From the NCBI GenBank assembly GCA_910577205.1, contig CAJTMA010000007.1, forward strand, positions 5,373-69,372: a stretch of 64,000 bases of DNA, given 5' to 3'. The stretch comes from an uncultured Alphaproteobacteria bacterium. Its GTDB lineage: Bacteria > Pseudomonadota > Alphaproteobacteria > RF32 > CAG-239. The position numbers and the translations under genes are program-made. The notes beneath the pieces were generated by a model. The model saw only the letters and a list, made by a program, of their open reading frames with translations, made no database searches and was not told the DNA's origin. Below, one piece after another: positions 36,484 to 45,888 of this stretch. Position 1 is the stretch's first letter. Each line of letters begins with the position of its first letter.

Positions 36484-36957
36484 TCAAGCTTCCTTTTTCC
36501 ATTCAGCCAGAATCCATGAAGATGAATTAGCCTTATTTTCACCGCCGACACCAAACGCTAAACTAACATTTAACTTTTGGCAAACCGCAGATTCCGGAAT
36601 ATTATCTTTGGTGCGATCACCGCCATTGGCAAAAACCAAGACGCTGTCTTTATATTTCTCGCGGGCGCGGCTAATGCCGTCACTGGCGGAGTTATCATCA
36701 TCATTGAAAGCCAAAACATCCACAACGCCTTTCAGATTTTCGCAAATCACACGGCGGGTGTGAAAATTCATAAAATTTTTGCCTTTTTTGCGGCACAGCC
36801 ACTCATCTGAATTTAACAGCAGAATCACGCCGTCGCTGGCTGCCGCACTGGCGCGTATCATTTCAATATGACCCTCGTGTATCGGGTCAAAGCCGCCGCT
36901 TACTATGTAATATTTTTTAGCAGAAGCTGCGTCATTATTCTCAGGGTGACGATACAT
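36484..36957 (-). CDS. Cytidylyl/adenylyltransferase family protein (HxGH)
   Basis: SGGFDPIHEGH, NSDEWL.RKKG, FANGGDR, KANSSSWIL. Confidence 0.88.
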   Translation of the reverse strand: MYRHPENNDAASAKKYYIVSGGFDPIHEGHIEMIRASAAASDGVILLLNSDEWLCRKKGKNFMNFHTRRVICENLKGVVDVLAFNDDDNSASDGISRAREKYKDSVLVFANGGDRTKDNIPESAVCQKLNVSLAFGVGGENKANSSSWILAEWKKEA

Positions 36958-36981
36958 ATCTGTTTTCCTCTTAACTATTAC

Positions 36982-37152
36982 AAAAAACCACCCAAAGGGC
37001 GGCAGAGTTTTAAACAGGTATGCAATAAGATTAGGACGAATCCCACTTTAACAAGCTCTACATCAGAGCAATCAATTTTCTATCCGATTACAAAAGCCGT
37101 TCAAAGCTCCGGGCGGGATGCGCCCTAAACAGCAGGCTCATTCCCGCGGTTT
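36982..37152 (-). ncRNA. Candidate structured leader or sRNA ahead of the polysaccharide operon
   Basis: Promoter upstream, several hairpins, terminator GCCGCCC-TTT-GGGTGGT-TTTTT before the first RBS; no family recognised. Confidence 0.45.
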
Positions 37153-37157
37153 GGACT

Positions 37158-37187
37158 AATAATAACGGAGGGGGCAAAGTTTTTCAA
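37158..37187 (-). promoter_or_regulatory. Sigma70-type promoter
   Basis: Minus strand TTGAAA-N17-TATTAT. Confidence 0.55.
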
Positions 37188-37263
37188 GCAAATTTTAGCA
37201 ATTATGCTATTAATCAGAGAAAAAATTTAAATATATCCATCTAATGGAAAAACTCTGGTTTTA

Positions 37264-39093
37264 CTATAAGTTTTCCAGCTTTTCAGAAAATTCCAGCCAA
37301 GCATCTTCCGCCGTCTGCAGCTGGACGGCAATATCCGACAGCTCCTTTTGAGCCTGAATGCTTTGTTCAACCGTCAAGGGCGTGTGAAAAAGGTTCTCCA
37401 GACGTTCCTTTTCAGCTGTGAGCCGCTGTATTTCCTTTTCCTGGCGGCGTATTCCACTTTGCAGCTGCTTTTTCTCCAAACGGGAATCGGTTTTGGAGAC
37501 CGATGGTTTTGGCTGGGCAACGACCGCAGGTTCTGCATTAAGAAGAAGATTTTTATAGTCTTCCAAATCGCCGTCATAGGGTTTACATAAACCGTTTTTA
37601 ACCAGCCACAAATCATCAGCGACCAGTTCAATCAAATGCAAATCATGGGTAATCAGAATGACCGAGCCGCGATAATCGTTCAGTGCTTTAATCAACGCCT
37701 CGCGGCCATCAATATCCAAATGGTTGGTCGGCTCGTCCAAGATGAGCAGCTGCGGCGCATTATACGTCATCGCCGCAAACAGCAGGCGCGCCTTTTCTCC
37801 GCCGGAAAGCTTGGCGATGACCGTCAGAGCCTTTTCCTGATTAAGGCCAAACCGGGCAAGATGCACCCGCACCTGCGTTTCGCTTTTATCCGGCAGCAGC
37901 GAAGACATAAATTCCGCGGCAGTTTGCTCCAGCGGCAATTCCTCAGCCTGATGCTGGGCAAAATAGCCGATTTTCAGTTTGGATGACACCCGGCGAGTAC
38001 CTGACAACAACGGCAAGCGTCCGGATATTACCTTTGCCAAAGTGGACTTACCATTGCCATTTGCGCCTAACAGGGCTATCCGGTCATTATCGACAATCTG
38101 TAAATTTAAGCGCCGCAGCACAGTTTTATCGTCATATCCGGCAGTGCCGTCTTCAACAGACAACAAGGGCGGCGGCAGTTCATTCGGTTCGGGAAAGTCA
38201 AAAGAGGTGGCGGCAGCATCTTCCAACAAGGTAACCGTTTCAAGCTTTTCAAGCATTTTTATGCGGCTTTGCGCCTGTTTGGCTTTGCTTGCCTTATAGC
38301 GAAAACGATCAACAAAAGACTGCAAATGACGGCGTTTTTCTTCCTGGCGTTCGGCTTGGCGCAGCAGGACTTCCTTTTGCATCGCGCGGGCAGAACGGAA
38401 AGCATCATAATTACCCGAGTAAGAAACTAATCTGCCGTTATCAAAATGGATAATATGATTGCACAGCAAATTGAGAATATTGCTGTCATGGCTGATTATC
38501 AGCAATGTGCCGCGATATTTGGCAAGGTGATTTTCCAGCCAGAGAGACGCTTCCAAATCAAGGTGGTTGGTTGGTTCATCCAACAGCAAAATATCTGACG
38601 GACGGAACAACGCCGCGGCCAAAGCCAAGCGCATCCGCCAGCCACCGGAAAACTCACAGACTTTCCGCGCCAAATCATCCGGAGCGAATCCCAAACCGTG
38701 TAAAATTTCTGCCGCCCGGGCTTCCGCCGAAGCCGCTCCGATAATATTCAGGCGTTCATGAATGGCGGCTAATTCAGCAGCGGCAGCTGTTTCAAGGCAC
38801 TTCAGCAAATCTGCGCGTTCTTTGTCTTGAGCTAAAACAAAATCCAGAATCGGCATATCCAGGCTGGCAGCGGAAAACTCCTGCTCGACAAAGACCACCT
38901 GATATCCGCTGGGGAAAAAGACACTGCCGGTTTCAGTTTCCAACTCGCCTTTAAGCACGCGGAATAAAGTGGATTTACCGCAGCCGTTAGCTCCAACCAC
39001 GCCAACTTTCCAACCATCAGAGATATGCGCTGAGGCATTCTCCAACAAAACTTTAGAGCCGATGCGGACGGTTATGTCATTAATGTCTATCAT
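37264..39093 (-). CDS. ABC-F family ATP-binding protein
   Basis: Two NBDs (GANGCGKST and GANGNGKST; FSGGWRMR; DEPTNHLD twice), no TM, coiled-coil tail. Confidence 0.93.
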   Translation of the reverse strand: MIDINDITVRIGSKVLLENASAHISDGWKVGVVGANGCGKSTLFRVLKGELETETGSVFFPSGYQVVFVEQEFSAASLDMPILDFVLAQDKERADLLKCLETAAAAELAAIHERLNIIGAASAEARAAEILHGLGFAPDDLARKVCEFSGGWRMRLALAAALFRPSDILLLDEPTNHLDLEASLWLENHLAKYRGTLLIISHDSNILNLLCNHIIHFDNGRLVSYSGNYDAFRSARAMQKEVLLRQAERQEEKRRHLQSFVDRFRYKASKAKQAQSRIKMLEKLETVTLLEDAAATSFDFPEPNELPPPLLSVEDGTAGYDDKTVLRRLNLQIVDNDRIALLGANGNGKSTLAKVISGRLPLLSGTRRVSSKLKIGYFAQHQAEELPLEQTAAEFMSSLLPDKSETQVRVHLARFGLNQEKALTVIAKLSGGEKARLLFAAMTYNAPQLLILDEPTNHLDIDGREALIKALNDYRGSVILITHDLHLIELVADDLWLVKNGLCKPYDGDLEDYKNLLLNAEPAVVAQPKPSVSKTDSRLEKKQLQSGIRRQEKEIQRLTAEKERLENLFHTPLTVEQSIQAQKELSDIAVQLQTAEDAWLEFSEKLENL

Positions 39094-39095
39094 CG

Positions 39096-40862
39096 TTACT
39101 TAAGCTGGGTGCGATAAAGCGAGCGGTAAACGCTGTCTTCTTTCTGCATCAATTCGTCATGGCTGCCCATTTCAACCAATTCGCCATAATTGACGACGAC
39201 AATTTTATCCGCATTACGGACTGTCGACAAACGGTGGGCAATGATAAATACCGTCCGGTCAGCCATGAGGTTATCAATTGCCTGCTGCACAATAGCTTCG
39301 GATTTGTTATCGAGCGCAGAAGTAGCTTCATCCAAAATAACAATCGGCGCGTTTTTAATAAAGGCACGGGCAATCGCAATACGCTGCTTTTGGCCGCCGG
39401 ACAGAAGCACGCCGCGTTCGCCGATTTCGGTATCCAGTCCTTTTTCCAAGGACGCAATAAATTCCTCTAGGCAGGCAGATTTAACCGCGCGGTCTATCTC
39501 GTCCTGCGTTGCATTTTCGCGACCGAGGAGGATATTTTCGCGGATTGTGCCGGCAAACAGGAAATTGTCCTGAAAAACGATGGCAATCTTATCGCGTAAC
39601 GAATCGAGTTCAATGTCGCGCACATCAACGCCGTCAATCTTCACCGAACCGGACATAACGTCATAAAAACGCGGCAAGAGGTTAACCATTGTGGTTTTGC
39701 CGCCGCCGGAATTACCGACAAAGGCAATCGTCTGCCCAACGCCAACTTTCAGATTGACGTGTTTTAATATCGGTTTGCCCGGAACATATTCAAAGCAGAC
39801 GTCCTTGTATTCAATCGTTTTTTCGATTTTTTGAAGCGGTTGAGCATCAGGTTTGTTGGTAATCGCCGGTACTTGTTCCAGCAACCCGAAGACCCGTTCC
39901 ATTGCCATCAGTGACAACTGGACGCTGTTGAAGTTATTGCCGATACTTTTAATCGGGTTATAAAGCATTATCAGCGCGGTGATAAAAGACACAAAGTTAC
40001 CGGCAGAAATCTGTTTAGTGACAATCAGATAGCTGCCAAGCCAGATAATCAGCGCAATACCAAGAGAAACCACAAAGTGCATCAGCGGCGACATCAATCC
40101 GGTACGCTGAATCATCTTAATCCCCAGCTTGAACACACTGTTGAGCGTGTTTCTAAAACGCAGCAATTGATATTGATATAAGTTATAGGATGTCACAATA
40201 CGGTTGCCGTTAAAGGTTTCATTATAATGGGTCATTACTGCCGAACCGGAGAAAATAGTTTTATCCATCAGGCTTTTAATGCGGCGGCGGACAGTCGTTA
40301 AAGGATAAAGAGCTCCCAGCAGCACAACGATTGCAACAATTGCCAACTGCCAAGAGTTATAAATCAACACACCGATTAATGACAGAGAAGAAAAAACACG
40401 GGTTGTAAACAGTTTCAGATTAGACAACAACCCGGCACAGGCCATATCAACATCATAATTAAAGCGGAAAAGAATATCCCCTGAAGTTGATTTGTCAAAA
40501 AATCCGGCGTCATAACGCATCAGCTTTTCAAAAAGGGTAATTTTCAAACCTTGGGAGATTTTCTGCCCCACCCAGGTATTCAGATATGTTGCCGTGTAGT
40601 TTAACAGACTTTGCAAAGAGCTGAAGAGGATAATCAACAACGGAATGTAAGACGTTGAAGCCGTGTTTTTTTCCACCATAACAATATCCATGTACGGCTT
40701 CAAAGACCATGCGATAACAGCATCCATTGAGCCGATGGGAATCGTAATCAACACACCGAGCAAACCGCGAATCCAATATGGTTTCACATAGGGCAGGATT
40801 TTGCAGTAATTACTGATGAGATAGGATGATTTGATTTTTTTTAACAATTTTGCGAACATCAT
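39096..40862 (-). CDS. msbA: MsbA-like ABC exporter (TMD + NBD)
   Basis: 6-TM domain, GNSGGGKTT, LSGGQKQRIAIAR, DEATSALD; probable start at 40862; near the polysaccharide cluster. Confidence 0.75.
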   Translation of the reverse strand: MMFAKLLKKIKSSYLISNYCKILPYVKPYWIRGLLGVLITIPIGSMDAVIAWSLKPYMDIVMVEKNTASTSYIPLLIILFSSLQSLLNYTATYLNTWVGQKISQGLKITLFEKLMRYDAGFFDKSTSGDILFRFNYDVDMACAGLLSNLKLFTTRVFSSLSLIGVLIYNSWQLAIVAIVVLLGALYPLTTVRRRIKSLMDKTIFSGSAVMTHYNETFNGNRIVTSYNLYQYQLLRFRNTLNSVFKLGIKMIQRTGLMSPLMHFVVSLGIALIIWLGSYLIVTKQISAGNFVSFITALIMLYNPIKSIGNNFNSVQLSLMAMERVFGLLEQVPAITNKPDAQPLQKIEKTIEYKDVCFEYVPGKPILKHVNLKVGVGQTIAFVGNSGGGKTTMVNLLPRFYDVMSGSVKIDGVDVRDIELDSLRDKIAIVFQDNFLFAGTIRENILLGRENATQDEIDRAVKSACLEEFIASLEKGLDTEIGERGVLLSGGQKQRIAIARAFIKNAPIVILDEATSALDNKSEAIVQQAIDNLMADRTVFIIAHRLSTVRNADKIVVVNYGELVEMGSHDELMQKEDSVYRSLYRTQLK

Positions 40863-40947
40863 AAACCTTGTTGCGATATTATAAATTACCCACAACATAG
40901 TACATTCTGCCACTGTTTGGCAAGCGGAATTAGCTAAATATCAATTT

Positions 40948-41892
40948 TTAATTGGATATTTCTAACCCTGACAACAGTACAGGCGAAATATCATAAACTT
41001 GCAGAAAGCCTGTTGCGTCTTTCTGACAAGCCCGCGGGTGGCTGTTGGTGCAGCGGACACCTGAGATTAAGCCGGAATCTTGCATCCGTTGCAGCGCGCC
41101 GTCAATAAATACACCATGGACAACGGCAACATAAACTTCTGCCGCTCCGGCATCTTTGTAAGCACGCGCAGCATTGATAATCGAACTTCCCGAGCGTATC
41201 ATATCATCATAGATAACCACTCTGCGACCGGAAACATTCGCATTAAGTGCCGTCACTTCCGTATGCGTACCGGACAAGCGTTGTTTCATAATATAGGCAC
41301 TGTCTAACCCCAGACGTCCGCTCATTTTCTGCACCCATTTGGCTCGCCCCATGTCTGCCGTTGCCAGAACAATATCCGGTCCGATGTCTGACAGCATTCG
41401 AGCCACAACAGGCTCCGCCGTCAGGTGAACCGGACGCACTGAACCTTCAAAGTAATATTGTGTTCCCAAGGAGTGTAAATCCATCATATAGATAAAATTG
41501 CCATTGGCCGAACGGGGAATGGAGCTTAGCAGCCGGGCAATATTTTTGGCAATCACAACCTCACCCCGTTTGGTTGACCGCTCCATTGTCGAATATCCAA
41601 AATATGGTATTACGATATGCAGAGAAGAGCACTGTTCCATAACCAGTGCGCTGCAAATATTATAGAGTTCAAGAATCGCGGCATCGTCAATTGTCCCCGC
41701 CACATAGACTGCCGGACGGTTCAAAATCTCTTTGGAATTCAGCAGACGGTAATAATTTTCACCGTCCGGAAAAAGTTTGTGTTCAAATTCTCCAGGACAA
41801 AGAGAAAATAAGGCATCGGATGTTCCTGCCATTTTTTCAGCCAGATACGCATAAGCCTGCGATGAAAACAAATTTGCAACTTTATCGCTCAT
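40948..41892 (-). CDS. prs: Ribose-phosphate pyrophosphokinase
   Basis: FPDGE, IPYFGYS..ER, DLHS, IYDDMIRSGSS, HGVF. Confidence 0.88.
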   Translation of the reverse strand: MSDKVANLFSSQAYAYLAEKMAGTSDALFSLCPGEFEHKLFPDGENYYRLLNSKEILNRPAVYVAGTIDDAAILELYNICSALVMEQCSSLHIVIPYFGYSTMERSTKRGEVVIAKNIARLLSSIPRSANGNFIYMMDLHSLGTQYYFEGSVRPVHLTAEPVVARMLSDIGPDIVLATADMGRAKWVQKMSGRLGLDSAYIMKQRLSGTHTEVTALNANVSGRRVVIYDDMIRSGSSIINAARAYKDAGAAEVYVAVVHGVFIDGALQRMQDSGLISGVRCTNSHPRACQKDATGFLQVYDISPVLLSGLEISN

Positions 41893-42070
41893 GATATTCC
41901 TTTCCTGATGTGAGATATTAATTTAATCTGATAAACTTTAATTTTCAGCTAATAATTATGCTTTATCTTATTGATAATTTAAATTATAGTATGTCGGTCA
42001 AAGAAAGTAAAAACTTTGAATTTTTATATTTCTTTGGTGAATGTAACTTTCAATTCACTATGAGGAAAAA

Positions 42071-43147
42071 ATGAAAATATTAGTCGGAATGAGCGGCGGA
42101 GTTGATTCTTCCGCGGCTGCTTTGTTGTTAAAGAAAGCCGGGTACGACGTTATCGGCGCAACAATGTCTATTTGGGATAAATCTCAAAATTTTGCAGGCA
42201 TGACAGGAAAAGAAGGGTGTTTCAGTCCACATGAAGAACAGGATGTGGAAGCGGCGAAAAAAGTTTGTGCCAAGCTTGATATTCCTTACCATGTTATTGA
42301 CTGCACCGAGGAATATAAAAAAATCGTCTTATCCAATTTCAAATCGGAATATTTGGCAGGAAGAACACCGAATCCTTGCGTTTTATGCAATGCAACCATT
42401 AAATTTGCAGCTCTTCCCCGCGCTGCCAAAGCTTTGGGACTGGAATTTGATAAATTTGCAACCGGGCATTATGCCGGATTAGGCTATGATGAAACCACAA
42501 AACGTTACCAGCTGCATTGCGGCAAAGATTTACGCAAAGATCAGGCTTATTTTTTATATCGTCTGACACAAGAGCAGCTTTCTGAAATTTTATTGCCCCT
42601 CGGCGACTACAGCAAGCAGGAAATCCGCGATTTGGCCAGAGAAGCAGGCTTAGAAGTTTGCGACAAACCCGACAGTCAGGATTTTTATTCCGGTGACATC
42701 AATGATATCATTCAAGAAGAACCCAAAACAGGAAATTTTGTTGACAAGGACGGAAAAATCCTCGGGCAGCACCATGGCTTTTGGAACTTTACCATCGGGC
42801 AGCGCCGCGGATTGGGAATCGCTGCGGAAAAGCCGTTGTATGTCATTGAACTGCGCCCTGAACAAAATGAAGTGGTATTAGGATTTGCTGACCAAACGCT
42901 GCAAAAAGGCCTCGAAGCTAACCGGCTCAACTGGGTTTCAATTTCCAAACCCTCTGCACCGTTTTGCTGCCAAGCGAAAATCCGCTCATCTCAGAAAGCA
43001 GTTCAAGTCCGTGTTTCCCCTCTTGGGAATGACAGTGTCAAAGTGGAATTTGAAGATTTACAAAAAGCATTAACTCCCGGACAATCCGTCGTTTTCTATG
43101 ACGGGAGCTTATTGCTCGGCGGCGGATTTATCACGGAAGCTTATTAA
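42071..43147 (+). CDS. mnmA: tRNA 2-thiouridylase MnmA
   Basis: GMSGGVDSS, TPNPCVLCN, ATGHY, KDQAYFL, TIGQRRGLG, TPGQSVVFY. Confidence 0.95.
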   Translation: MKILVGMSGGVDSSAAALLLKKAGYDVIGATMSIWDKSQNFAGMTGKEGCFSPHEEQDVEAAKKVCAKLDIPYHVIDCTEEYKKIVLSNFKSEYLAGRTPNPCVLCNATIKFAALPRAAKALGLEFDKFATGHYAGLGYDETTKRYQLHCGKDLRKDQAYFLYRLTQEQLSEILLPLGDYSKQEIRDLAREAGLEVCDKPDSQDFYSGDINDIIQEEPKTGNFVDKDGKILGQHHGFWNFTIGQRRGLGIAAEKPLYVIELRPEQNEVVLGFADQTLQKGLEANRLNWVSISKPSAPFCCQAKIRSSQKAVQVRVSPLGNDSVKVEFEDLQKALTPGQSVVFYDGSLLLGGGFITEAY

Positions 43148-44031
43148 AATTTGACGTTCAGCAGAACTTTGCGGTAAAATTCTAAAACAGCGCGAATCTT
43201 TGGAATATCTTTGGTTAAACGGTGCGCAACCAGATAAAATGTCATTTGCGGTTTCATGGTGATATTCTTTAAGCGGACTAAATCCGTATCGCGGGTTTCA
43301 TCGTGAACCATAATTCCAATGCCGCCACCGCTGCGGACAACATTGGCAATAGAATGGTTAGAGTTTGAGGTAAAACTGATGTAAGACCCTCTGCTCATAA
43401 TATCTTTCCATTCTTTCAAGTAACGGTAATTAATCAGCTTGCCGCAAATACGGTGATTTTGAATGAGGTCTTCCAAATCTTTAGGTTCGCCATACTTTGC
43501 CAGATAAGAGGGCGCGGCCACAAAGCTACAGCTAATCACTTTGCTTTCGACGATAACCAAATCAGAACCGCTCGGCGGCTCCAGCATAAAACCTAAATCA
43601 ACGTCCAAAACATTAAGGTTTGGCGATTGGTAATGGGATACAGATTCGATACGGATATTGGGATAATTTTGCCAGAATTCATCAATTCCATCAGCGTGCA
43701 AAACGGAAGCAACAGCCAAAGGCAAGCCGACCCGCACCACACCGGACATGGTATTTTTATGAGAGGCAACAACATCTACGCCGCGGATAACCTTTTTGAC
43801 ATCAAATCCCATTTTGATAATATGCTGCGCTTCATGCGTCAGAACCGATCCTCGCCCATTGCTGGTTACCAGTTTGATACCCAGCTCTTTCTCCAAATCG
43901 GCCAAATACTTATTAAGCGTATCAACTGACAGGCTGAGCGACTCGGCTACTTTTTTCTTACTATTGTTCTCTGCAAGGGCAACCAACATCAACAGCCCTT
44001 CCAGTTTAGCAATATCCTGTTTGCTAATCAT
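43144..44031 (-). CDS. LysR-family transcriptional regulator
   Basis: N-terminal HTH (VAESLSLSVDTLNKYLADLEKELGIKL), SGVVRVG, AAPSYLAKYGEP. Confidence 0.88.
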   Translation of the reverse strand: MISKQDIAKLEGLLMLVALAENNSKKKVAESLSLSVDTLNKYLADLEKELGIKLVTSNGRGSVLTHEAQHIIKMGFDVKKVIRGVDVVASHKNTMSGVVRVGLPLAVASVLHADGIDEFWQNYPNIRIESVSHYQSPNLNVLDVDLGFMLEPPSGSDLVIVESKVISCSFVAAPSYLAKYGEPKDLEDLIQNHRICGKLINYRYLKEWKDIMSRGSYISFTSNSNHSIANVVRSGGGIGIMVHDETRDTDLVRLKNITMKPQMTFYLVAHRLTKDIPKIRAVLEFYRKVLLNVKF

Positions 44032-44063
44032 TCCGCCTATCCCCGCCTGTCAGCCACAGTCTG

Positions 44064-44576
44064 TTAGACTTCCCAACTACGGGAAAACTCTTCGTCTTTA
44101 AATAACGATGCCAAGCCGGTTATTTGTTTGAGGCGCAGCACTTCATCGGCAGACATTCCGATATTGCGGCAAATCCACGAATCGCTTTTGCCCATTTCCA
44201 ACAACTCGGCAACAATGTTGCTCATCAAATCTACATTGTGACTACCGCGCGCACGGTTATGGCGGATGGTAGAAGCCATACGATCGCCCAGCGGTTTGTC
44301 AATCACAACAACAGGCATCAAGCCGCGTTCCCGCTCATAAATACGCGGGCTGGTCATCATTGTGGTATAGCGGTGGAAGCCGTCAACGACGATATATTCA
44401 TCATTTTCTTTATCATAATAACAAACAATCGGCTGGGTATAACCATCCTCCCAGATGGAAATTTCCAGCAATTTCATTTCCGGAGGAGCTACACGGTTCG
44501 GGTTGTAGTCGTTAGCTTTAATTTTTTCGACTGGAATAGCCTGTACATTATAGACCGGACTCTTAAATTCACTCAT
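44064..44576 (-). CDS. IbrB/YbdM-like ParB/Srx-domain protein
   Basis: ANDYNPNRVAPPEMKLL..SI..DGYTQPIV, VDGFHR, RMASTIRHNRARG, GMSADEVLRLKQITGLA. Confidence 0.92.
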   Translation of the reverse strand: MSEFKSPVYNVQAIPVEKIKANDYNPNRVAPPEMKLLEISIWEDGYTQPIVCYYDKENDEYIVVDGFHRYTTMMTSPRIYERERGLMPVVVIDKPLGDRMASTIRHNRARGSHNVDLMSNIVAELLEMGKSDSWICRNIGMSADEVLRLKQITGLASLFKDEEFSRSWEV

Positions 44577-44586
44577 TAGTCATTCC

Positions 44587-45888
44587 TCACAAATTACGAT
44601 ATTTTTCCATTAATTCCCGTTCACGCTCCGCCTGTTTTTTGGTTTGGGTAAAGCCCATATATTTGCAGAGGTGGTCATTTTTCAAGATACAGACCGCCAT
44701 ACGCTTCCATGACGGAATGTCGATAGATGATTTGATGTCATCCGTGTTGTCCGGCGTTCCGAGAAAACGAATTTTATCGCGCGTTTTATTGTAACCGCTC
44801 GGACCGTTATGGCGGATGGGATAGTTACAATCCTCCAATTCTTTCAATGCCGCTTCATTAACCACGCCGCCTTTTTTCCACCAAAAACGAATGGAGGTTT
44901 TGAATTTGGCAACATAGTTCTGGCGCATACTTTCAGGAAGCGTCGCCAGCAAAAACTTGACATAAGAACGCCAGGTATGCCCCGGAGGAAGCGTAAACTT
45001 GCGAGCGCCTAAAGCTTTGGTATTGCCATAAATAGCTCCAAAATTAGCACCCTGCACCCGCCCGACAACGCGAATCCATGTATCCGGCTCTAAGACGCGA
45101 TATAAGTTCAAGCTGTCTTTGGCACTTTCATGGTAAGGGCTGGCAACGCGCATTTGGTTAATTGACAAACCGGCCTTATAGAAGAGGTCATAAATGTGGT
45201 TATAATCATAGTCATATTTGCCGTTAGCGACCCAGACATCCTTGGTTGTCCAGTCATACAGCGGATAAGCATGGTAGAAGTCCTTGCCCATTTTAGTCGT
45301 CCATTTGCCTTCGCCAAAACTGGTTTTCCGTTCGTTGGCATAGGCTCTGTATCGGTTCAGGGATTCATCGGCGCGAATGCCCAGCAGGCAGATTGTTGTC
45401 CCTTCATGCTGTCTGGCATACCATCTGCCAAATTCTGCATAAAAGTCTTCCTGCGGCATTTTATATTTATAAAAATCAAAGTTATGGTTTTCCAACTTGA
45501 TAATGTAGTCCTGCTTAGGCATAGAGCGCACCCAGGCGGCTTTTTTATCCGGGTCCCATGTATACCAATACATTTGGTAATTGCTTACAGCACAGCGCGA
45601 GGCCTGCGGAATGCAGACCCAATAAGGCTCAATATCATTAATATTGTTTTCAAACATACGGGTAACATAATCCGTTGTTGTCTGGTATTGCGCTTCAAAA
45701 TCCTGGTGGAAAACGCCGATTTTCTTCTGGATATTATTACGGCGTTTATAATCCAGCACCATGTTGAGCAGCAGGCCGCTGTCTTTGCCGCCGGAGAAAG
45801 ACACATAAATATTGTCAAAGTTATCAAATATATATTTCAAACGAGCCTGTGTCGCCTCGTACACATTGATATCCAAATATTTTTTCAC
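44587..45888 (-). CDS. IbrA/YbdN-like PAPS-reductase-fold protein with DUF3440
   Basis: SFSGGKDSG PP-loop, GIRADESLNR, YPLYDW, MRVASP, PSWKRMAVCILKND; probable GTG start at 45888 overlapping the upstream TGA, with AGGAGG RBS. Confidence 0.9.
   Translation of the reverse strand: MKKYLDINVYEATQARLKYIFDNFDNIYVSFSGGKDSGLLLNMVLDYKRRNNIQKKIGVFHQDFEAQYQTTTDYVTRMFENNINDIEPYWVCIPQASRCAVSNYQMYWYTWDPDKKAAWVRSMPKQDYIIKLENHNFDFYKYKMPQEDFYAEFGRWYARQHEGTTICLLGIRADESLNRYRAYANERKTSFGEGKWTTKMGKDFYHAYPLYDWTTKDVWVANGKYDYDYNHIYDLFYKAGLSINQMRVASPYHESAKDSLNLYRVLEPDTWIRVVGRVQGANFGAIYGNTKALGARKFTLPPGHTWRSYVKFLLATLPESMRQNYVAKFKTSIRFWWKKGGVVNEAALKELEDCNYPIRHNGPSGYNKTRDKIRFLGTPDNTDDIKSSIDIPSWKRMAVCILKNDHLCKYMGFTQTKKQAERERELMEKYRNL

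Noticed and set aside
36982..37152. 6S RNA, tmRNA or RNase P RNA
   Set aside because: No long 5'/3' pairing, tRNA-like ends or RNase P signature visible by eye; kept only as an unclassified leader.
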